This document shows positions 1 to 11,883 of a stretch of 34,537 bases of DNA, piece after piece (within the stretch, counting starts at the first letter, position 1; each line of letters opens with the position of its first letter). The stretch comes from Octopus bimaculoides (lineage: Eukaryota), in contig NC_068991.1 in NCBI RefSeq assembly GCF_001194135.2, positions 34,073,895 to 34,108,431 of the forward strand. The letters are read 5' to 3'. The notes beneath the pieces were generated by a model, which did not search any database, was not told where the DNA came from, and saw nothing but the letters and a program-made list of their open reading frames with translations. A program made the translations under genes and the position numbers.

Positions 1-465
1 CATGCATGTACACCTATACATATCCACACACGCATGCACATACCCATATGCGCATAGTTATATTCAAATACACGTCTAAAAATACACACATGCTATATTC
101 CCACTCACACTCGCGTGGAACACATGCATGTACACCCACATATATGTGCAACCATACACATGTACATATGTATACATACCCGCACACATGCACACACACA
201 CACACGATGTACACATATGTATATCCACACACGCACGAACACACATGTGCACATACCCATACGTGCACAGTTATATTCAAATGCACGTCTAAAATACATA
301 CATGCTATATATGCATATGCTCACTCACACTCGCGTAGAACACTCGCATGTACACCCATGTATATATGCAACCATACACATGTACATATACATCTACATA
401 TATACATACCTGCACATGCGTACAAAAAAGTTCATGTACACGTCTATATATGCACATGCACAAGA
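1..465. repeat. Purine-pyrimidine alternating (CA/TA/TG) low-complexity tract with a hidden ~213-bp tandem period
   Basis: gttatattcaaa recurs at 57 and 270. The downstream cacgtctaaaa..catgctatat..cactcacactcgcgt.gaacac..gcaaccatacacatgtacata block is also repeated. Confidence 0.8.
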
Positions 466-1942
466 AAAATGCAGGGTGAAAGGTAAAATACAGAAACAAT
501 GTGTAAAAATATATAAAGCAATAAAAATATAAGAATATTTCTCTATAAATATGTAAAAAAATATATAAGAAATATACAAAAAGTATAGAGAGATAAAAAG
601 CTTGTATGTGGACACAATATAAAAAGCAAGTTCTATCTGTGATCTTGGGGGGACCAAAAATAAAACAAATATTTTGCCACATGTGGAAATGAGCCAAAAA
701 GTACAGTTCTTGAATTTAGACATGTAGTGAGGTCTAAGCTGCTTTTCCAGATGAGCCGTCTTTCCATATGACAAAGATGGCACGTTCCACTCCCGTTGGT
801 GTAAGGCTTACACTTGGCTAAGATCTTCCAATGGATGTTGTAACTGACACTTTTATCTTTTAAGAACCATATATGACTGGATAATTTGGTCGTTTTCCTT
901 TTATCCCAATGCCTGATGCTCAAGGTGTGATTGCTGAATCTGGCCTTGAAATTACCCTCTGTAAGGCCCATGTATTTCTTCATTGAAACTGTGTCCTTAG
1001 TGGATATAGAGTCCACGATTGCTTCATAAATGATGGTCTCAGACATGCAAGCTCCATTTAGCAGGCACAAATTTTTATCCCTGCATGAACAGCTGGTTTC
1101 ATTTTGTGGTTTTTATGTGTTGTGTGCGATTATATTTTTTAAATTAGTAGTTGAGCTGAAACTGATTTTTAAGTTATGTCTATTGAAGAGTTTTGTGTAA
1201 CTATGGTTGACTGGAAAATGTCTATCTATCAATGCTAAGAAATACTTACCTATATTAAAGGTCACTTCAGGGGAGTAGGGGTGTGTGAACCAGATGGTTT
1301 TCCTATTCCTATGTTTCTTTATTATTGGACTGGTGACAGGTGTATAGGTTATTTCCTCGCTAAATCCACTATCTTTTAGAGTCTTATTATATACTGGTGC
1401 AACGCTATTAAAAATGTTCCTATTGGAGGAGAGGCTAGAAATTCTTTTGCTAATGTTTTTGACTAAATTTTGAAACACTATGGGGGGATGGCAGGAACCC
1501 ACATTAATATAACTAAGTCTATCATTGGGCTTCCTATAAGGTTAATAAATATTATTTATATCTAAGGATGCATCTAGGAAATTGACAACCGTCAGTTGGT
1601 ATCTATAGTTATGTTAAGACTGAAAGTTTTCATCATTTGGATAATGTCCTTCCTAAACCGATCTTGTGCTGGTCCATTGGTATTTGCTGTTAAAGCTAGC
1701 GCATCATCTTTGTAAATCACGAAATATACGTTAGGAAAAGTCTCGCCCATCATATCGAGTAGGAATAGCCCAATGAGGTCGCATATGCCGCCTCCATCAT
1801 ATGACCCCATGCTCACACCGAAAGCACCCTCTGTATCAGTAGTCTTGACCCACTCTGCGTTCTCAATGAAAAGTAAAGTCTTTCTAGCATGGAAGATTAT
1901 GTCCTTATCTTGTTCTATAAATTTGCTTGTGAAGGTGAGGGC
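1..1942 (-). mobile_element. Penelope-like element (probably Hydra clade), 5'-truncated and decayed: RT, thumb, CxCx5C linker, GIY-YIG endonuclease, 3' UTR
   Basis: Minus-strand translations give RT motifs IIFHARKTLLF, VSMGSYDGGGICDLIG and IYKDDAL (about 1940-1600); VNFLDASL and SCHPPIVF..ISKRIS; RKTIWFTHPYS; the linker CSCRDKNLC (1091-1065); and the EN IIYEAIV..YMGLTEGNFKARFSNH..CHLC (1070-633). Broken by a frameshift near 1592 and stops. The clade call rests on recalled motifs. Confidence 0.88.
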
Positions 1943-2388
1943 TGTGGATATGTTTACGTGTACATGCATGGTTGCATATATACGTGCATCTATTGGCATA
2001 TGTGTGGGTGCGCATGTGTGTGTTCCATGCAACTGTGAGTGAGCATAGGCATATAGGCACATGTACGTGGGTGTGCATGTGTATGTATGCACATGCACAC
2101 ATACTCGATTGCTATAAGCGTTTTTACTCCTTTACTTTTTACTTCCTCCCCTTCGGTTTTTCCCTTATTTAACAGTCATTCTAATAGCTCTTTTGTCTTA
2201 ATAATGGTCAATTACATAGTAAGTTCCCTTTGTTTAATGGTCATTTACATAGCATATTTTGATTGCCTCGATAACTGAAGAGTGCAGGTTTCCGCCCCAA
2301 CATCCGAAACTAGGAGTTTTATTATGGCAAACAAATATTTGTTACATATATTACAGATAAATTCTTCTATTTACATAATATTGAGGTC
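1943..2388 (+). repeat. Inverted copy of the PLE 3' region (probable inverted pseudo-LTR)
   Basis: 1943-1970 matches the reverse complement of 1-28 at 26/28 nt, and 1970-2060 resembles the reverse complement of 300-380. It starts where RT homology stops and contains a hammerhead-like motif. Confidence 0.7.
2271..2323 (+). ncRNA. Degenerate type I hammerhead ribozyme-like motif
   Basis: ATAA-CTGAAGA-G...C-GAAAC-TAGGA-GT-T-TTAT. Both core boxes, a short stem I (ATAA/TTAT) and an AC/GT stem III are present; stem II pairs poorly. Confidence 0.5.
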
Positions 2389-2488
2389 NNNNNNNNNNNN
2401 NNNNNNNNNNNNNNNNNNNNNNNNNNNNNNNNNNNNNNNNNNNNNNNNNNNNNNNNNNNNNNNNNNNNNNNNNNNNNNNNNNNNNNNN

Positions 2489-4966
<2,478 letters not shown>

Positions 4967-5004
<38 letters not shown>
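4967..5004. repeat. (CA)n microsatellite
   Basis: Read directly from the sequence; it sits between the CR1 tail and the Neptune PLE. Confidence 0.95.
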
Positions 5005-5008
<4 letters not shown>

Positions 5009-6593
5009 AGAAATTAAAGAGGGACTTCCTCTACCCCTCAATTTAGAAACTTAACCTTCGAAATCTCAACCATTTTATCCAGACAGCAATGCCAACCTCC
5101 CAGCAATCCCAATAACAATAATCCCAATAATAACAATAATCCCCAATAATAACAATAATAATAATGATAACTTCTACCAACCAAATTACAGTAAACATTT
5201 TTTAGACCGAGTGGAGATAAACAGGGACATACGTTGGAACAAAACTTACTGGAGAAACCCAAAGTAATAAATTTATCAAAGAAAACTCTCTCTGCAACAG
5301 AAATCAGTGTACTAGCTAAAGGGTTAAAATTTACCCTAACCCCACAACAATCTAACAATAGTGAAATTAAAGACAATATTTCGGAATTTTGCAGAAAACT
5401 ATGACTCACAGAAGCACTGACTACAACAGCAAAGATGAATCACTTGTTAAAAACAGAAATAATCCACCTAAAGGTAGGAATAAAACACTGGATGACTTCT
5501 GCGACCATATCCAAAATTTTCCCATATACTTTCCATAAATGAAAAATTGATTTAAACCTCAACAATCTAGAATGGAAAAATCTAATTGAACTAAAAACCT
5601 GATAATTAAAGAAGCAGATAAAGGAAGTGCTGTAGTGCTAATGGACACAGAATACTACAAAAACCTAGTATTATCCAAGCTAGAAACGATGCTTTCTACG
5701 AAAAAGTTGCAAACTATAGACAATAAAAAACAATGAAAAAATCTTGCAGCCTTAATACTTCTACATGGAAAAGGCTTGACAGCAAAGGAAACCAATTACA
5801 TCACAAACTTTAAATGTAAACCTAGTCTTTTTTATGGCCTACCTAAAATACACAAGAGCAAGATAGTTAATGAAGCCTGCAAACAATCACCAGGCAAATA
5901 CATAAATATTCAAGTGCCAAAAGACTTAAAGTTAAGGCCCATTATAGCTTGCCCAGCCTGTGAAACCCACTGCCTATGCAATTTTCTAGACATCCTACTG
6001 AAACGTTTGCTGAAATACAAAGTTTCCTTAGAGACGATTTAGACATGCTAGAACAGCTACCAAAAACAATTAATGAAGAGGCATTATTGGTTTCCTTTGA
6101 TGTTATCAATCTTTACACCAACATCTCACATGACTATGGAATAAAAGCAATCAAATTCTGGTTGGAAAAGTATCCCAAAGTACTTCCAGAAAGCATAATT
6201 CAGGTCTTTATTATTGAATCTTTAAAATTTATACTTCAGAACAATTATTTCCTATTTGATGACACCTACTATCGTCAAAAATGCGAAATCGCAATGGAAA
6301 CAAAAGCAGCCTCTGTTCTTGCGAACCTGATAATAGGTTATTTTGAGTTCACCATATATGAAATGTCACTGCAAAAATATGGTTATCCATTTCACCATTA
6401 TATAAGAGAAAACTGGAAAAGATATCTGGATGACTGTTTTATCATTTGATAGGAGACCATTGATAAACTTTTGGAATTCAAGCCAACACTAAGTGGTATA
6501 AACCGTAATATTCAATTCACAATGGAATATAGCAAAGAATAGCTCCCATTTTGGGATATATAAAAAAAGTCAACAACCAAACTATAACTGACA
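5005..6593 (+). mobile_element. Penelope-like element (probably Neptune clade), 5' part: N-terminal domain and RT
   Basis: KVINLSKKTLS..VLAKGLKFTLTP, KEADKGSAVVLMD, FYGLPKIHK, LRPIIA, LVSFDVINLYTNI, YYRQKCEIAM, WKRYLDDCFII and IQFTMEYSKE. Contains frameshifts, stops and an (AAT/AAC)n tract at about 5108-5168. Confidence 0.9.
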
Positions 6594-7841
6594 TCAATAT
6601 CTATAAAACACAAGATGTTTGTGTGTGTGTGTACGTGATGTGGGTTATGCACGTCCACAAATTAGCACGCACGTCGCTCCAATTTTAGGAGGACATTGTT
6701 CATGACCCTATCTGTGTTTTTGTCAACTTTTTCTCACAGAGGCACCCGCGTATAGCTGTAAAAATCGATAAACTTTTACCAATTTTGAAGTTTGTTGACA
6801 TGGCGAAGTCAAATCTGTGCGTACGCGCGTGAAGGAGAGAGAGAGCAAGAGAGGGAGAAAGAAAGAAAGGGAGGGAGAAAGAAGAAAGAGACAGAAAGAA
6901 AGAAAGAGAGAGAGAAAGAAAGAAATAGTGTGTTTGTGACAAGGGGAGAAACAGAGTGTTTGCCAAGCGTCTAAAAAAAAAAAAAATGAAAAGTGGAAGA
7001 GGGAGACAAAACAAAAAAGGAACGAAACAAGTGGAAGAGGGAGACAAAGCGTATTACGANNNNNNNNNNNNNNNNNNNNNNNNNNNNNNNNNNNNNNNNN
7101 NNNNNNNNNNNNNNNNNNNNNNNNNNNNNNNNNNNNNNNNNNNNNNNNNNNNNNNNNNNNNNNNNNNNNNNNNNNNNNNNNNNNNNNNNNNNNNNNNNNN
7201 NNNNNNNNNNNNNNNNNNNNNNNNNNNNNNNNNNNNNNNNNNNNNNNNNNNNNNNNNNNNNNNNNNNNNNNNNNNNNNNNNNNNNNNNNNNNNNNNNNNN
7301 NNNNNNNNNNNNNNNNNNNNNNNNNNNNNNNNNNNNNNNNNNNNNNNNNNNNNNNNNNNNNNNNNNNNNNNNNNNNNNNNNNNNNNNNNNNNNNNNNNNN
7401 NNNNNNNNNNNNNNNNNNNNNNNNNNNNNNNNNNNNNNNNNNNNNNNNNNNNNNNNNNNNNNNNNNNNNNNNNNNNNNNNGGGTTAGGGTTAGAGTTAAC
7501 ATAGAAGGGACAGGCTCCTTATTTTTTGGTTAAGGTTGTTGGTAAGCTTTCCTAAGTTACTCCAATCCAGATCACCAATGCAAACCTTCAGATCAACCTT
7601 CTCCTATGCAGATCTCTAATGCAACATTTAAAAAAAAGAGTCAATAAGTGAAAATAACCAATAAACTGATTCCTTATGGGATTTCCCAATCAAATTGCCA
7701 GCAAACCATTTTCAGCCAAACCAATTTCAACGGATTTCGCTCAAATCTGATGTCGATGTTACTTATTTTAGTTTGAAATAAAGGACTTAATCATTTAATA
7801 ATCCTAGCTTAATCCCGAGCAGCACCGGGTTATACTGCTAG
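6594..7841 (+). mobile_element. Non-autonomous Helitron, complete ends, inserted at A|T
   Basis: 5' TC (TCAATATCTATAAAA) follows A6593. The 3' end has a CCCG-N8-CGGG hairpin (7814-7829) then CTAG (7838-7841) followed by T, with no TSD. Removing the element restores the PLE reading TD-I-YYKPT. Confidence 0.9.
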
Positions 7842-8990
7842 TTTATTATAAACCAACGGCCTCAAAGCAATATCTCCTTTTTAGCTCATGCCATCCGAAA
7901 CATATCAAAATAAATGTCCCGTTTTTTAATTCGGCAAAAAGGATTTGCACAATAGTGTCTGATAGAATTACTTGGGACCTTTGTCTTTAAGACTTCAGAA
8001 CAACACTAACTGAAAGACAATATCCACCCTCACTGATAGATGATGCCAAAAAAACTAAGCATAAAAACACTAAGAACAACAAAACATAACACCACATCTC
8101 ATCTCAAAACACTACTGTAGATATCAACTCACAGCCCTAGAAACAATGAGGCATACAGCACTCTTGTTCAAAATCTTCCTTTACTAACTAGACACCCAAA
8201 AGTGAACAACATCCTGAAAACACATAAATTCATGAAATGCAAAAAGCAACCCAAACCACAAAAGAAACTTCTAACAAATGCAAAGCTTTACATAACAACC
8301 ATGAAACCAACGGTTAAAAATGTAGATGCCCAAACTGTGGAACACACCCTAAGCTACTTGAAGGCTTGGATTTCCTTTTCAAACAAGGAGAGAGATTCAC
8401 AATTAGAACGAACTTCACTTGTGCCTCTGAGAATCTAATTTATGTAATAACCTGCTCAAGTTGTGGACATCACTATATAGGACTGACGAGTATGACATTG
8501 AGACGGAGAACCACTCTACATAAAGAGTAAATCAAGTTCCTGCAATACAGACAGATTCCTTTTAGTGAACACATAGAGAGATGTGCAGGTAACATCAAAT
8601 CAAACTTCACAGTTCTCCCCTTCTACAATTTCTATAACAGAACGTTTAAATAAATATATTCATTGAAAAATACAGAACACATCTAAATATGCACACATTG
8701 ATCTCTATACATATTTTAATTCATGATTACATACCCATCACTGTACATATTTCTCCCCACTACTCTAGCTTTATATCCCACCCCTCACCGAAAGATGAAC
8801 AATTATCTCCCCTGTCTACAATAATAACGATCACCAATTAGCTCCCCTTGGATATATCTACTTATTGAATCATTCATTCATTCATAAACTCCACATACAA
8901 CATGGACAAAATTTTTTTTAAGAAAATATGTATTTAAATAAATTTTAATGTTATGATTAATGAAAGCGAAAATGGTCAACAAACACAATA
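7842..8990 (+). mobile_element. Neptune-type PLE, 3' part: thumb, Cys-rich linker, GIY-YIG endonuclease, 3' UTR
   Basis: IYYKPTASKQYLLFSSCHPKHIKINVP from 7842; CRCPNCGTHP at about 8321-8350; FTCASENLIYVITCSSCGHHYIGLTS..RRRTTLHKE..SEHI at about 8414-8580. The right boundary is approximate. Confidence 0.88.
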
Positions 8991-8994
8991 TAAA

Positions 8995-9227
8995 ATTATT
9001 TATATTATTTACATTTGACGGATATTTGTCCTCATCTTTGTTGTTAACACAATGTTTCGGCCAATATACACTTTCATCAGGTGTCTTGGGGAAATTTCAA
9101 ACCTGGGTTCTCATTCCTAAGGTATTTTTCAATGTTATTATTATTATTATTATTACTATTATTATTATTCAGGTCACTGCCTGGAATTGAACTTGGAATC
9201 TTGGGGTTAGTAGCCCCCCACTCTTAA
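8995..9227 (-). mobile_element. tRNA-derived SINE-like repeat with internal (AAT)n and a hammerhead motif; head 5'-truncated
   Basis: Minus strand reads gttaagagtgggggctactaaccccaagattccaaGTTCAATTCCaggcagtgacc, a tRNA-like anticodon arm plus B box. It is followed by (AAT)n at about 9169-9135, then CTGATGA...GAAAC, then an A-rich tail. Confidence 0.75.
9047..9084 (-). ncRNA. Minimal type I hammerhead ribozyme motif (degenerate copy)
   Basis: ACAC-CTGATGA-aagtgtatattggcc-GAAAC-AT-T-GTGT. Stem I is ACAC/GTGT with both core boxes present. Stem III is AC/AT (ACGT minus one CpG-type transition) and stem II is unpaired. Confidence 0.6.
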
Positions 9228-9246
9228 CTTTTGAGGGTTTGTCATA

Positions 9247-10412
9247 GGAGGGTCAGCTGAAAAATTCATAGGCTGACCAAATACTTTCATGGAAACCACT
9301 TGTGGTCCACACACTTCTTCCATTGGTGTTGCAGTGACTTAGATCCCATTGGTGAAGAAGCTTTCATCCTGTTGGTCAAAAATGTCATTAACAGCAGATA
9401 CGACATCATCATCACTGTGATACTGGTTCTCAGCCAAGTGTGTTTCATGTTAGGGAGCAGATGAGTCAGATGGGGCCAAATCAGGAGAATAGGGACAGCA
9501 ATCAACTTGTCTAAAGCCATAGTCATTGATAGCAGCCTTTGAAACCAAGGACATGTGTGCAGGAGCATTGTCCTGATGAAAGAAGACCCCTTTCATCAGT
9601 TTTAGTGAGCATGTGGTAACTACTTCAGCAAATTGGCATACTACTCTTCGTTAATGATGTGGCCCTTTTGAAGATAGTCAATAAACACAATGCTTTTTGC
9701 ATACCAAATAACTGAGGCCATCACCCTCAGATGAACTGACCTTCATTTTCTTTCAAGCTGGTGAGGAGGGATGTTTCCACTGCATAAATTTCTGGCTTAA
9801 AGTGAGAAACCTAATGCTCATTGTGGGTTAGGAAACGTTCAAATCAAAGAGACCAGCTGGATCTACCTCAAACAATGTCAGATTATCCTGTCATGGAATC
9901 AGCCTGGTGTGCTTTTGATTAGGGGTCAGAAGACGTGGCACCCATTGAGCATAATCCTTCTTCATGTCAAGTTCAAGGTAGTGAGCTGGAAGAAACGTTA
10001 GCATGCTGGGCAAAATGCTTAGCAGTATTGCATATGTGTTTGCGTTCTAAGTTCAAATTCCTCCGAGGTTGACTTTGCCTTTCGTCCTTTCAGGGTCGAT
10101 AAATTAAGTACCAGTTTTCGTTAGGGTCGATCTAATCAACTGGCTCCCTCCCCCAAAATTTCTAGCTTTGTGCCTAGAGTAGAAAAGTTCATTATGCATA
10201 ATATTCTCAACTCTCTCATGAGGTATGCCAATAACATTGGCTATTTGATTTATAGTCAATTGTTTGTATTCCATCAACATGTGGTGAACACAATCAATGT
10301 TTTCCTCTGTGGTGGCAGTTGTAGGACGTCCAAACATTGGGTTGTTTTCAAAACTTTCCCTCGCCTTCCTAAATTCAGTTGCCCACTTTTGCACTGTTGA
10401 TAAAGCATTGCC
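9247..10412 (-). mobile_element. Mariner transposon remnant 1, interrupted by a SINE, 5' end missing
   Basis: ALSTVQKWATEFRKARESFENNPMFGRPTTAT..IMHNEL|DMKK, NAPAHMS and PYSPDLAPSD. An ITR-like ggagggtcagctgaaaaattcataggctgacc follows TA at 9245-9246. Confidence 0.88.
9976..10184 (+). mobile_element. tRNA-derived SINE with 7-bp TSD
   Basis: TSD AAGTTCA at 9969-9975 and 10185-10191; B-box-like GTTCAAATTCC at 10051-10061; central gactttgcctttc..gggtcgataaattaagtaccag block recalled from mollusc SINEs. Excision restores the mariner HNEL-DMKK reading. Confidence 0.88.
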
Positions 10413-10517
10413 ATACAGTGCCTGCATACACATACATGTATGCATTGAGATACAGTGCCTGCAGGTATATAGTGTGATGAAGAATTAATTTTAACAAAGT
10501 GATGAAAGTAATAAGAT

Positions 10518-10746
10518 TATATATATGTATAGATACATACACATACATACATATACATACATAGACATACACACACATATATATGCATACACATATACAC
10601 ACAAACATATATATATATATATACATACACACATACATACATATATATATATACACATATACATACATATACAAGCACATATGCATACACATGTATACAT
10701 ACGCATACATATACTTGCATGGGTACATGTGTGTGTGTGTATACAC
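10518..10746. repeat. Compound (CA)/(TA)/(CATA) microsatellite
   Basis: Read directly from the sequence. Confidence 0.95.
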
Positions 10747-10839
10747 CTATAAAAGGATATAGAATGAGAAAAGGTGCAGAAATTTGGTATGTTAAGTAGG
10801 TGAGTTGGATTATATGGAATGGACAGACATGAAATAGAT

Positions 10840-11828
10840 AGATGATTGGCTCTTGATCTCAACACTGGTGTTAAAACGGGGACCTTTGAGCTGCATTTTC
10901 ATCTTGGGGAAGAGATGGAGGTTCACAGGTGCTAAATTTGGTGAATAGGGTGGGTGCAGAAGTGATACAATGTTGCTTTTGGTAAGAAACTCACTAGGGA
11001 GGAGAGCTCAATGAGAGGGTGCATTGTCATCTTGAAGCATCCAATTGTTCGCACTCCACAGATCTGGTCACATTTACCAAATGTCCTCAAATGTTTCAAA
11101 ATGTCGCAGTAGAACTTATGATTGATGATCTGACCATGATCTGACCAATACTGCAGATGTTGAAAACCATGATGAACATGTTCTTGGTTGAGCTGCAGCT
11201 TGGTCATGCCTTCTTTGGTCATTATGATGACTGCTGTTTTGTCTGAAGGTTTTATCTGTAGACCTAGCTCCCATCACCAATGAAGATCCTCAACATGAAG
11301 GATGGGTCACAGTGGCATACTGACAGAGATCTTGACAGACTTTGACACGATGTTCTTTCTGCTCAATGGGCAGCAGGCGGGAACAAATCTGGCAGAGACA
11401 CACTGCATGTTCAATTCAGATACTAGGATTGCCTGCACAGACCCATACGACAGACCAACAACATTAGTAATGTCATTGATTGCCTTCTAATGATCCTCAT
11501 GCACAAGCTGATGAATTTTCTCCACATTTCTGGTGGGCGAGGATCGTGGCAGGTCTTCCAAGGACATTCTTCTACTTTTGAAGCACCCATGCTGCCACAC
11601 AAGACATTGCCTTGTCACCATAAGCTTGCTGAAGCATGGTCAATGTCTCTGTAGCAGACTTCCTAGCTTTAACTCAAAATTTCACATTGGCACTTTGTTC
11701 CAACTTTCTGTCCATAACAAAATCGCTGACTACAGCATACAAGTGATCACAAAAATACAAATATCACAACTTGCAAAGTAAACATAATGATGTCACTTGG
11801 CACACTGCTTCATGAAGGTCACTGCTAG
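10840..11828 (-). mobile_element. Mariner transposon remnant 2 (different family from remnant 1)
   Basis: KLEQSANVKF.VKARKSATETLTMLQQAYGD, WMLQDDNAPSH, LLHPPYSPNLAP and LKGPRFNT. Many stops and frameshifts; ITRs not resolved. Confidence 0.85.
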
Positions 11829-11883
11829 GCTTATGTTAATATCTGCTGGGAAGCTAATTTTCACTACTGTACACTGTTCTCTT
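11829..11883 (-). mobile_element. Displaced piece of the R4/Dong-type LINE RLE domain
   Basis: Translates QCTVVKISFPADINI, the expected continuation of HNRLEIVIWNR found on the other side of the RTE insertion. Confidence 0.7.

Noticed and set aside
6-532. His/Thr/Tyr- and Val/Cys-rich ORFs in the ORF track (also at 10375-10865 and 19011-19294)
   Set aside because: They are translations of CA/TA/TG simple repeats.
6723-7504. Long ORFs spanning N runs (also at 12621-13600, 18573-19262 and 31707-32321)
   Set aside because: Their length is an artefact of gap characters.
8945-8990. Possible sense-strand hammerhead in the Neptune 3' UTR (atgattaatgaaagcgaaaatggtc)
   Set aside because: The CTGANGA box is absent; too degenerate to support.
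9171-9227. Possible tRNA gene
   Set aside because: No A box or acceptor stem, and it is embedded in a repeat, so it is treated as a SINE head.
10436-10458. Possible 23-nt minus-strand microexon (cctgcAG..AT|GTATGT)
   Set aside because: It lies in a local duplication beside a microsatellite, and such short matches arise easily by chance.
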